Shown: piece after piece, positions 47,690-56,815 of the stretch
Numbering within the stretch: position 1 is the first letter of the stretch
Layout of the letters: each line of letters starts with the position of its first letter
Assembly: GCA_045536965.1 (NCBI GenBank)
Contig: JAZSON010000021.1
Span: forward strand, 26,797-90,796
Length of the DNA: 64,000 nucleotides
Source of the DNA: Eubacteriales bacterium
Lineage (GTDB): Bacteria > Bacillota > Clostridia > Oscillospirales > SIG627
Reading direction: 5' to 3'
The notes under the pieces: generated by a model
What the model saw: only the letters and a program-made list of their open reading frames with translations
Told to the model about the DNA's origin: nothing
The model's database searches: none
Position numbers and translations under genes: made by a program

Positions 47690-50548
47690 TTAACCGACCA
47701 AAGCTGTTGGATTATTCTCGCCTATATTCCAAATATTGCGCCCGACCTCAACACGCTCTCGAATCAACTGGCCATCGGTGCAATCATCACGGGAAACAAA
47801 TAAAATGTTGGAATAAAATTCCATGGACTTACTTGGAGCGCCACGCAGGATATACGGCAATGCCGAGGATAAGATCGTATTGTTATATATTTTTATGGTT
47901 CCACCTGCGATGTCGGTGCCGTCTTTGCGGTCGGATCCACCGTGCATATTAAATACATGGCCATTGGCACTTCCCATTTCAATGTTGTTGTGGGCAATAT
48001 AGCCACTGTCGGCAAAACCGCTTCCGCTGATCGAATGACGGTTATAATTAAACAGATTGCAATAGATTTCGGCGTAGGCATATCCAAGTGAAATGCCATA
48101 TCCAAAAGCCATCATTTGATTGTGGTGGATATAACAATGGTGTATCTTGACATTTTCGGATGTTTTTCCATCTTCGCACGAACGGATAGTGATAGCGGCG
48201 CCCGAAAACCCTGCAATTTCACAGTTGTCAATCACAGCACCGTCACCAACCACGGTAACGCCGACGGTCGGCTGTGCATTTGCAAGATAATTGTGCCCAT
48301 ACTGATATCCCGTACCCACGGTGTGACCGCGCAGGGCGCGTTCCCAAAGACCATTATGGGCGGCAGGATCGGGACCTGAAAGGGACAATCCCGTCAGACG
48401 AGATTCTTCACCTAAAATAAAAACGCTCTCAGCTTGCACACGGCTGCAATATATCAAAGCACCGGTTGAAACGCGACCATCTTCATGTATAAATCCGCGA
48501 TCGGAAGCTAAGGTAACTCCCTGCTTGATTATTATAGTGCGTTTTTCCTCTGTCACGGCAGAAACGTCGATTACAACACCTTCGGGAATGTAAATGACAT
48601 CTCCCCTTTTGGCCATGGAAGCGGCAAGGAGCAGATCGGTTAGGCTGTAAACCAAATAATCACCCGTGGTATAAATCATTTCCTGCTCTGTATACACCCC
48701 GATGGGATTTTGATCCTGCGGCTTAGCACCATAGGCAGTACCGCCTTTTTCTATATATAACAGATCGGACAATGTATATAAGGATGAATAACCACCAAGA
48801 GAAGAAATGATTTCTACAAGCAATCCGTCTAACGATTGCTGATTGACCTTTACGCCCGATGATTTTGTCATCGCGGCCAAATCGCTTATGCGAACAAAAG
48901 CAAAATCATGATCATTCGAGTAATAGCTTGCGCAAATGACGTCGGGATAAAGCACTTTTTCAAATTTTATCTGCGGCAGATCGGATTTTTTAGGTTTGGG
49001 TGGGGTTAGTCCATCTTTTACAAGCTTTGCATAAGAGGAAAGTCGCGCATCGCCCGATTGAGAAGTTTTGGAGGTTTTATCGGATAGGTATGGCGCTTTG
49101 ATATCAAAACAGTTACCGGTAAACTGCACTCTTGTTTCATAAACCACCGATGAAAGACCCGGCAGGGTAAGAATTTCATCGCCGTATACACAGTCTTGAT
49201 AGGCAAACAAATTATTTTGCACCACCATACTTTGCGGCAAACCCAAAAGAGTAAAAACGGGAGATGCGGATAAAAATGTGTTGTTTTTGCACACAAATCG
49301 CGAAACGGAAGTAAACACTTCGGAAAAATCACTGTCGGTACCAAGAGTATTTTTCAAAACAAACGAGGTGGAGCGGATATTCCCCGCATCGACATTGTTT
49401 TGATAGGAAATATCACTCTTAAACCCCTCGGCAGACAAGGTCATCCTAAGTTGACTGAACAGATTGCGTTCGATTAAAACCTTGCTATTATCTACACGAA
49501 TGCCACACCCCGCTTCCCAGCCCAGGGAATGGTGGATATAATTATGATGTATCTTGACATCCTGTGCATTTTCCACCAATATGGCCGTACCCGAAAACCC
49601 CGCAATCTCACAATTATCGATAGTGGCGCCGTCACCGATCACTCGAATACCCGAGGATTGATTTTCTGTTGATGACGAAGCATATATCGGCAAGTCGCAT
49701 CCTTGGATGACAAGACCGCTGATGCGAGCATTTTTTTCCAGAGTGAGAATAAAATTGACATGGGAACTGCTTTTTATCATGGCTCCGCTCGAATCGGCGT
49801 ATCCGCGAGCGCCAAGCAGGGTCACCCCCGTCGGGATGGTAAATTGAAGCGGAACACGCTCTAAAACCGACTCTTCTTTTGAAAAATCAACTATATCACC
49901 CGGGAGAATCCAATCCGATAAATCGATGACAGTGTTATCGGCAATGTAAATTATATCGCCTTTCTTGGCTTCTTTCAGTGCATGGTAAAATTCATCGTCA
50001 TTTGTCACGATAAATTGAAATTCACCCTCAGGCATATCATGGTATCCGCTTCCGCCGCCAATGCCAGCGGGATCGGCACCATAAACATCGCTCCCATATT
50101 TTACAAAGGTGCTTTCGGCATAATCCAAATATAGATCAAGACCGGAAGCCTCGGCATTGTAAGAAAAAAGAAATTGAGATAAAACACCCGCCGTCTTTAT
50201 ACTTGTTCCCAACGCGGCACGCATGGAAATCAGATTTTTTAACAGTTGGTTATGATCAGGATAAAAACAGCGTGTCAGAATCGGCAGCGGGGATGCAATG
50301 TTTTGTTGCACCAGTTTTTCAGCCGACCAGTCAGGCAGTGATTCAACACTCGTTCCAGTAGATTGATAGGTCGGTTGGGTGATGTTTTCCGAATCGGGCA
50401 AATCGGGATTTGTTTGAATCTCATCTTCGGGTATGATGGCCGAGGAATCGTCTTGCGGTTTGGTTTGCGCTTGCTCTGCGCAAGCAACACAAAACAAAAG
50501 GGTGAAAGAGAGAACAAGAGACAAAAACGCCTTGAAATTGAAAATCAA
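47690..50548 (-). CDS. Duplicated beta-helix lipoprotein (paralogue 2)
   Basis: Probable TTG start after GGGGGTGAG; signal peptide ending FCVAC-AE; same modules; FNMHGGSDRKDGTDIAG. Confidence 0.75.
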   Translation of the reverse strand: MIFNFKAFLSLVLSFTLLFCVACAEQAQTKPQDDSSAIIPEDEIQTNPDLPDSENITQPTYQSTGTSVESLPDWSAEKLVQQNIASPLPILTRCFYPDHNQLLKNLISMRAALGTSIKTAGVLSQFLFSYNAEASGLDLYLDYAESTFVKYGSDVYGADPAGIGGGSGYHDMPEGEFQFIVTNDDEFYHALKEAKKGDIIYIADNTVIDLSDWILPGDIVDFSKEESVLERVPLQFTIPTGVTLLGARGYADSSGAMIKSSSHVNFILTLEKNARISGLVIQGCDLPIYASSSTENQSSGIRVIGDGATIDNCEIAGFSGTAILVENAQDVKIHHNYIHHSLGWEAGCGIRVDNSKVLIERNLFSQLRMTLSAEGFKSDISYQNNVDAGNIRSTSFVLKNTLGTDSDFSEVFTSVSRFVCKNNTFLSASPVFTLLGLPQSMVVQNNLFAYQDCVYGDEILTLPGLSSVVYETRVQFTGNCFDIKAPYLSDKTSKTSQSGDARLSSYAKLVKDGLTPPKPKKSDLPQIKFEKVLYPDVICASYYSNDHDFAFVRISDLAAMTKSSGVKVNQQSLDGLLVEIISSLGGYSSLYTLSDLLYIEKGGTAYGAKPQDQNPIGVYTEQEMIYTTGDYLVYSLTDLLLAASMAKRGDVIYIPEGVVIDVSAVTEEKRTIIIKQGVTLASDRGFIHEDGRVSTGALIYCSRVQAESVFILGEESRLTGLSLSGPDPAAHNGLWERALRGHTVGTGYQYGHNYLANAQPTVGVTVVGDGAVIDNCEIAGFSGAAITIRSCEDGKTSENVKIHHCYIHHNQMMAFGYGISLGYAYAEIYCNLFNYNRHSISGSGFADSGYIAHNNIEMGSANGHVFNMHGGSDRKDGTDIAGGTIKIYNNTILSSALPYILRGAPSKSMEFYSNILFVSRDDCTDGQLIRERVEVGRNIWNIGENNPTALVG

Positions 50549-50581
50549 ACACTCACCCCCTATTTTACAATACTTCATTTT

Positions 50582-50590
50582 ATTATATCA
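50582..50590 (-). promoter_or_regulatory. Extended -10 promoter for the lipoprotein operon
   Basis: Minus strand TGaTATAAT about 35 nt upstream of the probable start; weak -35. Confidence 0.45.
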
Positions 50591-50682
50591 CAAATCCCTC
50601 GATTTAGAAATGGACAAATCACATAATTTATTCCCCTTTTTTTCGTTATATTCAACAACTTTTTTGGAATAAAGACAAAATA

Positions 50683-50712
50683 ATACCGCCGATGAAAAAT
50701 CATCAGCGGTAT
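50683..50712 (-). terminator. Terminator after paralogue 1
   Basis: Minus strand ATACCGCTGATGA-tttt-TCATCGGCGGTAT then TATTTTGT. Confidence 0.75.
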
Positions 50713-50726
50713 GAATAAAAATCAAA

Positions 50727-52844
50727 TTATTCGTTGCAGCATCCACCCTCTAAAAGAATGGGAGCATCCTCTAAACTCCAAATATTTTTACCAATGTGAA
50801 CATTGTTTAAAAATTCGTCCCTACCATAATGATTGTGGGTCAAATACTTACCTTTTTTCTCTTCTACATTCTGTCTGTCATATTCTTCACGGGGTTTAAA
50901 ACATACGTTATAATCAAAATGTCTTTCATCGGTAATTCTACCGCGCAAGTTGTAGGGGTTTTTGGTTGACAGGAAGGTATTGTTATAAATTTCACAATAC
51001 TTGCCCGCAATGTCGCTACCATCCTTACGATCTCGACCGCCATGAATATCAAAGTGATCTCCCATGGAATCGCCCATCTCAATATTATCGTGCGCATGAT
51101 AGACAACCGTGTCAAAGCCGGGGGATGCAATGGAGTGGCGATTATAGTTGAATAAATTGGCATAAATATCAACATCGCCACTTCTAACCTGCACGCCATA
51201 TCCCAATCCATGCAACTGTGTATGATGGATATAACAGTGGTGCACAGCGCAATTTTTAACAGGAAAACTCTTTACAACCTGTCTGTTTTCGGTGATAAGA
51301 GAACCGAATGAAAGAGCGGCAAACGAGAAATTGCAAATCTCACAGTTTTCAAAAACCACATCATCCGCCGTGGCTGAGAAGCAATATCCCATCTTTAACT
51401 TATAATACTCGGCGTGACCCGGAACGTAATTACCGTTTTCATCACGTTTTGAAAAACAGCGTTTGTGGTGAGCAATATGAGAGCTGTTATCAGGCCCTTT
51501 CAAAATCAAACCCGCAAAGCGAACACCCGCTGCTTTGATATGACCGAGCAACTTGATTTCAAAATGCGGCATGAAGAATGCGCCACCCGGAGCAATGCTG
51601 CCATCAGGCAAACGCTCACCGCGGTTAGAGGCAATCGTAACTTTTTTGTCAATGCAAATACGGCTTGTTTGGTCATAACAGAGTTCATCGGGAATATCAA
51701 TAACGGATTGTCCGTCGATAAAGATGACGTCCTCTTCTTGGCATTCCTCGAGGGCTTTTAAAAACTCGCGACCGTCATGAACAACATAGTCACCATCGGT
51801 ATAAATATTTTCATAGCCTGCGCCGCCGCCCCAAGGCATAAGGGAAAAGCTGGGGCCGTAGTGCTCACCGTTAACCGCGATGGTTTTGGGGTATTTAAGA
51901 TAATTGGAATACAGGCCGATGTCGGATATTAAATCCAAAAGAGCCGCCTCATCCACATTTTCTTCCTTGAGCATCGCCCTCAATTTGTTGTAAGGCAGAT
52001 CGTTGAGAGAAGAATCGTTGCAGGTACAGGGCAATTCCACATCGGCAGGATTTTCAAGTTTCGGAAAAGAAAGGGTTTGAGAATTTTCGATCTTGATTTG
52101 ACCATCCTTTGTACCGTCAATACCGTTGACACGGATAAAGGTACAATCGGACAGAGTGGCCTCTGCTCCCTCGCCGACGATCACACGACCTACATTTACG
52201 CCTGCGATGTCATGAATATAACAATCGCTGACTTTGAGATTTTTGACACCGGTTGCATCGATGGCACAGCGAGAAAAGCCTGCGATCTCGCAGTTATCTA
52301 TCGTGACATTGTCGCCCGCAACCACAACGGCCACGGATTGATGCTCGGTCAAAGCGTGTTCTTCGATATAAAGGTCACGACCGCCCAAAGAAAGTCCTGT
52401 AATGCGGGCGCCATCTTCCAAAATAAACAAGGGACGGGCGACACAAGTAGCTTTGATGATGGCACCGCGAGAGTCACCGACACCGCGCTCCCCCATCAAA
52501 GTGACACCCTTGGGGACGATGGGTTGCATAGGCTTACCATCATTATAACAAAGCAAATAATCGGCCATATCAATAACGTTTTCCGCGGGCACAAAAACAA
52601 TTTGCCCCTCTTTCGCCGCAGAAAGCGCCTCGAAAAGGGTTTGGTTGTCGGTTGCAATAAAATCCTTTTGTTCACTGACAAAAGGAGAAATCGGCATTCT
52701 TTCTTCCGAAAGAACCGACTCGGCAATTTTTTCCAGTTGCTGTTTTGCATCCTGACGGCGCACTTGAATGGATTTTAATGCAGATAAAAGACGAGGGACA
52801 TCGGGCATTATAATACGACTGATCGGTGTTTTAATCATAAACAT
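50727..52844 (-). CDS. Duplicated beta-helix protein, no signal peptide, shortened N-module (paralogue 1)
   Basis: GVTLMGERG and VTIASNRG modules, HHCYIHH, GLGYGV, NYNRHSI, FDIHGGRDRKDGSDIAG. Confidence 0.75.
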   Translation of the reverse strand: MFMIKTPISRIIMPDVPRLLSALKSIQVRRQDAKQQLEKIAESVLSEERMPISPFVSEQKDFIATDNQTLFEALSAAKEGQIVFVPAENVIDMADYLLCYNDGKPMQPIVPKGVTLMGERGVGDSRGAIIKATCVARPLFILEDGARITGLSLGGRDLYIEEHALTEHQSVAVVVAGDNVTIDNCEIAGFSRCAIDATGVKNLKVSDCYIHDIAGVNVGRVIVGEGAEATLSDCTFIRVNGIDGTKDGQIKIENSQTLSFPKLENPADVELPCTCNDSSLNDLPYNKLRAMLKEENVDEAALLDLISDIGLYSNYLKYPKTIAVNGEHYGPSFSLMPWGGGAGYENIYTDGDYVVHDGREFLKALEECQEEDVIFIDGQSVIDIPDELCYDQTSRICIDKKVTIASNRGERLPDGSIAPGGAFFMPHFEIKLLGHIKAAGVRFAGLILKGPDNSSHIAHHKRCFSKRDENGNYVPGHAEYYKLKMGYCFSATADDVVFENCEICNFSFAALSFGSLITENRQVVKSFPVKNCAVHHCYIHHTQLHGLGYGVQVRSGDVDIYANLFNYNRHSIASPGFDTVVYHAHDNIEMGDSMGDHFDIHGGRDRKDGSDIAGKYCEIYNNTFLSTKNPYNLRGRITDERHFDYNVCFKPREEYDRQNVEEKKGKYLTHNHYGRDEFLNNVHIGKNIWSLEDAPILLEGGCCNE

Positions 52845-52936
52845 TACCCCGCTGAAAAAATATTGTTGGTGTTACAAATCGGTGCAGTAAGCAAAAATGC
52901 CTTGCAAATACCACATTATTTTGTACACGCAAATGA

Positions 52937-52965
52937 ATTATACCCCCATATAACGGCCATGTCAA
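52937..52965 (-). promoter_or_regulatory. Perfect-consensus SigA promoter of paralogue 1
   Basis: Minus strand TTGACA-17-TATAAT. Confidence 0.8.
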
Positions 52966-53020
52966 TAAATGTCGTAAAAAAAGTTAAATATACATTCAAA
53001 TGATTGAATTTAAATATTTC

Positions 53021-53049
53021 TTGAAAAATACTTTCAACTGTGTTATAAT
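53021..53049 (+). promoter_or_regulatory. SigA promoter of thyA
   Basis: TTGAAA-17-TATAAT with extended TGn. Confidence 0.7.
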
Positions 53050-53070
53050 TGAAAAAAAGGGGGGATTTGA

Positions 53071-53901
53071 ATGAGTCGCGCAGATGAAATTTTCATTGCA
53101 AACATGAAAGATATACTGGAAAACGGTGTGTGGGACACCGATCTGCCCGTCCGTCCGAAATGGGAGGATGGCACTCTCGCGCATACCGTTAAAAAATTCG
53201 GTATTGTCAACCGCTATAATTTGCAAGAAGAATTCCCCATTTTAACCTTGCGGCGCGTACCACTCAAGAGCGCTTTGGATGAATTGCTTTGGATTTGGCA
53301 GAAAAAGTCAAACAACGTTCATGATCTATCCAGCCACATTTGGGATCAATGGGCAGATGAATCGGGTTCTATCGGCAAAGCATACGGCTATCAGCTCGGC
53401 ATCAAGCATAAGTACCGTGAAGGCATGTTTGATCAGGTGGATCGCGTGATTTATGACTTGAAAAACAATCCCGCCAGCCGCCGCATCATCACCAATATAT
53501 ACAACCACGCCGATTTAAGCGAAATGCACCTTTATCCCTGCGCTTACAGCATGACCTTTAACGTTTCGGGCAATGTGCTCAACGGTATTCTCAACCAAAG
53601 AAGCAACGACATGCTGGTTGCCAACAGTTGGAATGTAGTTCAATACTCCCTTTTGATGTATATGATGGCACAGGTTGCCAATCTGCAGGTTGGTGAACTG
53701 GTCCACGTCATCGCAGATGCGCATATATACGATCGACACATCCCTCTTGTCAAAGAATTACTGGAAGCCAAAACTTACGATGCTCCGAAATTAAAAATCG
53801 ACACGAGTATCACCGATTTTTATGCCTTTACAAAAGACTCGTTCTCACTGGAAAACTACGAGTTTTCACCTTTTTCGCACAAAATTCCCGTTGCAGAATA
53901 A
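53071..53901 (+). CDS. thyA: Thymidylate synthase
   Basis: ELLW, IWDQWAD, NPASRR, catalytic YPC, NQRSND, DAHIY. Confidence 0.95.
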   Translation: MSRADEIFIANMKDILENGVWDTDLPVRPKWEDGTLAHTVKKFGIVNRYNLQEEFPILTLRRVPLKSALDELLWIWQKKSNNVHDLSSHIWDQWADESGSIGKAYGYQLGIKHKYREGMFDQVDRVIYDLKNNPASRRIITNIYNHADLSEMHLYPCAYSMTFNVSGNVLNGILNQRSNDMLVANSWNVVQYSLLMYMMAQVANLQVGELVHVIADAHIYDRHIPLVKELLEAKTYDAPKLKIDTSITDFYAFTKDSFSLENYEFSPFSHKIPVAE

Positions 53902-53908
53902 TCAAACA

Positions 53909-53939
53909 AAAAAATCCGAAACGATGTTTCGGATTTTTT
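53909..53939. terminator. Bidirectional terminator after thyA
   Basis: AAAAAATCCGAAAC-gat-GTTTCGGATTTTTT. Confidence 0.8.
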
Positions 53940-53947
53940 CTTTTCTC

Positions 53948-55024
53948 TTATGCGTTGTCAAGTCCGAGGCCTCTGAGATCTGCCATGATACCGTTTTTCT
54001 CGGCATTGTACATTTTCCAAATGACGCGGAGACTTTGGAGGGCTTTTCTGCCGCTCGTTAAGGGTTCTTTACCTTCACGGATACATTCAATAAAGTGCTT
54101 GGTCTCAAACTGCGTTTCCTTGGAAAGGGCTGTTTCGCGTTTCCATACAACGCTGTAACCGTCGTTCTTTTCAATTTCTCCGGGTACATGAGCAACGGTG
54201 CGGTTATAAACGCGGATCTCGCCTTCTCTGTGCAAATATTCGATCATACCGCCCTCGGTTTGAATCTGGAAATCACAGCCGAGACGGGTACCTCTTGCGC
54301 CCCAGGTTGCGCCGTGATAAGCGATGGCACCGTTTTCAAACTTCATAATCACAGAGCTGGTACCCTCGCGGAGCATCCAAGGAGTTCCAACGTTGGTACC
54401 CAAATGAGCACCCTCGATGGGATTGCCGAGGAACCAAAGAAGAATATCAATATAATGGCAACCGTGGCTGAAAAGCTGACCGCCGCCGAGACGGCTTGTG
54501 ATCTGCCATACCTTGCCCTTATCCCCTTCTTCTTGCAGATAGTTATATCCAAAGCCTGTCAGCTGCTCTGTCCATATGGACATCTGCATGACCTTGCCGA
54601 ATTCACCCGAATCAATCATTTCCTTGAGCTTGACAATGCCGCGCCAAAAACGGACGGGATATGCACACATCAAAGTAACATTCTCCTGCTCGCAGGTCTC
54701 GATAAGTTTGATACATTCCTCTTCACTGTTACAAAGAGGCTTTTCCATCATGATGTGCTTATGATGCAATGCAAAAAACATGCCGCATTCAAAGTGCAGA
54801 TCATGCGGAAGGGCAATCAAAACGCCGTCAATGTCGTTGACCATATCTCTGTAATCGGTATAGATTTTGGGATATGTGCCAAGCGCCTCCGAAACAGCCT
54901 CTGCCTGCGAAGGTACGATATCACAGACAGCAACAATATCAATGCCATCCATTTCGTTGATGCCTTTTACATGGGCACCCATCATGCCGCCACAACCGAC
55001 CAAACCCATTTTAAATGTTTCCAT
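53948..55024 (-). CDS. Gfo/Idh/MocA family NAD(P)-dependent oxidoreductase
   Basis: GLVGCGGMM, LPHDLH, MEKPL, GGGQLFSHGCHYID; GGAGG RBS. Confidence 0.9.
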   Translation of the reverse strand: METFKMGLVGCGGMMGAHVKGINEMDGIDIVAVCDIVPSQAEAVSEALGTYPKIYTDYRDMVNDIDGVLIALPHDLHFECGMFFALHHKHIMMEKPLCNSEEECIKLIETCEQENVTLMCAYPVRFWRGIVKLKEMIDSGEFGKVMQMSIWTEQLTGFGYNYLQEEGDKGKVWQITSRLGGGQLFSHGCHYIDILLWFLGNPIEGAHLGTNVGTPWMLREGTSSVIMKFENGAIAYHGATWGARGTRLGCDFQIQTEGGMIEYLHREGEIRVYNRTVAHVPGEIEKNDGYSVVWKRETALSKETQFETKHFIECIREGKEPLTSGRKALQSLRVIWKMYNAEKNGIMADLRGLGLDNA

Positions 55025-55145
55025 ACTAACCTCCGTAATACTTTTATGCATTCCCTTGCGGGACAGCTTGTACCTCAATAATAAACCAAAATGAATTGGT
55101 TGTATTTAGACAAAACGATACTAAGTTTGCACAATATGGTTAAAT

Positions 55146-56507
55146 TTAGTTTCTCAATGAATGAATCGGTGCGGGGATACGTCCGCCACGGGATGTAAAT
55201 TTCTCACAAGAAAAACCATTGACCGCCATGACGGGACCATAGCCGAGCAAACCGCCAAATTCAACCGAATCTCCGACCTTTTTACCAACAGCGGGGATAA
55301 GACGAACGGCAGTGGTTTTGGAGTTTATCATACCGATGGCCGCTTCGTCCGCAATGATGCCTGCCAAAGTCGATACGGGTGTATCACCCGGAATGACGAT
55401 CATATCAAGACCAACAGAGCAAACACAGGTCATGGCTTCCAATTTTTCAAGGGTAAGCGCACCGCAGTTAACGGCTTCGATCATCCCTTGATCCTCGGAT
55501 ACGGGGATAAACGCACCCGACAGACCGCCTACATGCGATGATGCCATGGCGCCGCCTTTTTTGACAGCGTCGTTAAGCATAGCCAGCGCCGCCGTTGTTC
55601 CGGGTGCACCGCAACGTTCAAGACCCATTTCCTCCAAAATACGCGCCACAGAGTCACCGACAGCAGGGGTAGGCGCCAAAGACAGATCCACGATACCAAA
55701 GGGTATATTTAAGCGTCGGGATGCTTCGGTTGCGACAAGCTGACCCATGCGTGTCACTTTAAAGGCGGTTTTCTTGATCACATCGGCCAAACCCGAAAGG
55801 TCGGCTTCACGACATTTTTCTATCGCCGCTCTAACAACACCCGGCCCTGAAACACCGACATTAATAACACATTCAGGTTCACCAACGCCATGAAAGGCGC
55901 CCGCCATAAACGGATTATCTTCGGGAACATTGGCAAACACAACAAATTTTGCACAGCCGATACTATCGCGATCTGCCGTCATTTGCGCAAGATCATGGAT
56001 AATTCTGCCGCATTTGTTGACAGCGTCCATATTGATGCCCGCGCGGGATGTACCCACGTTTACCGAGGAGCAAATATTACTCGTAACAGTCAAGGCTTCC
56101 GGAATGGCATCCAAAAGAGCGGCATCTCCCACGGTGATTCCCTTATGTACAAGAGCGGAAAAACCACCGATGAAATTCACCCCCGTCACATCCGCCGCCC
56201 TTTGCATGGCGCGGGCGATGGTGACATATCCATCCGAATTGATCGCTCCTCCAACCAAAGAAACGGGGGTCACGGATACACGCTTATGAATAATGGGAAT
56301 ACCATATTCTTTCTCGATTTGTTCACCTGTTTTGACAAGATTTTCAGCGCGGGTCGTAATCTTATCGTATATACGCTCGCCAATGACCTTTGCATCGGTC
56401 CCCCCTGCCGCATCCAGCAGAGAAATACCCATCGTGATGGTACGGACATCCAGACAGTCCTGGCGAATCATTTGTATAGTTTCTAAAATATCCGATGTAT
56501 TCAACAT
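55146..56507 (-). CDS. UPF0210/DUF711 (PFL-like fold) protein
   Basis: [58 protein letters not shown]. Confidence 0.93.
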   Translation of the reverse strand: MLNTSDILETIQMIRQDCLDVRTITMGISLLDAAGGTDAKVIGERIYDKITTRAENLVKTGEQIEKEYGIPIIHKRVSVTPVSLVGGAINSDGYVTIARAMQRAADVTGVNFIGGFSALVHKGITVGDAALLDAIPEALTVTSNICSSVNVGTSRAGINMDAVNKCGRIIHDLAQMTADRDSIGCAKFVVFANVPEDNPFMAGAFHGVGEPECVINVGVSGPGVVRAAIEKCREADLSGLADVIKKTAFKVTRMGQLVATEASRRLNIPFGIVDLSLAPTPAVGDSVARILEEMGLERCGAPGTTAALAMLNDAVKKGGAMASSHVGGLSGAFIPVSEDQGMIEAVNCGALTLEKLEAMTCVCSVGLDMIVIPGDTPVSTLAGIIADEAAIGMINSKTTAVRLIPAVGKKVGDSVEFGGLLGYGPVMAVNGFSCEKFTSRGGRIPAPIHSLRN

Positions 56508-56518
56508 AGAAAAGCTCC

Positions 56519-56788
56519 TTAAATTCTGTGCATAGAATTGAAAATGTCCTCATGCATGGTATCGATGCGCAAATTGTTTTTTATGCCCATCTCACGCATA
56601 AGATCCACAAAATCGCCAAAGGGAATATTGAGACCATCAACATTCACCAGCATCATCATGGCAAAATAGTCTCCCAAAACACTTTGTGCGATGTCAAGGA
56701 TGTTGGCACCTTTGCTGGCACAAACCTCACTGACTTTGGCAATGATGCCAACACAATCTTTTCCCGTAACGGTTACAACGGCTTTCAT
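56519..56788 (-). CDS. UPF0237 ACT-domain protein
   Basis: [17 protein letters not shown]...NI.DI.Q...[11 protein letters not shown]; usual partner of DUF711. Confidence 0.93.
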   Translation of the reverse strand: MKAVVTVTGKDCVGIIAKVSEVCASKGANILDIAQSVLGDYFAMMMLVNVDGLNIPFGDFVDLMREMGIKNNLRIDTMHEDIFNSMHRI

Positions 56789-56815
56789 AACTTTTCAACC
56801 TTTCAAATTTTTAGT

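Noticed and set aside
38664-52844. Diversity-generating retroelement, invertible shufflon or gene-conversion cassette system behind the paralogue array
   Set aside because: No reverse transcriptase or recombinase in the window, all copies are co-oriented, and the shared motifs differ at synonymous sites rather than being near-identical DNA repeats.
55086-55103. Inverted repeat AACCAA-n6-TTGGTT upstream of the Gfo/Idh/MocA gene
   Set aside because: Short, single and not assignable to a regulator from sequence alone.
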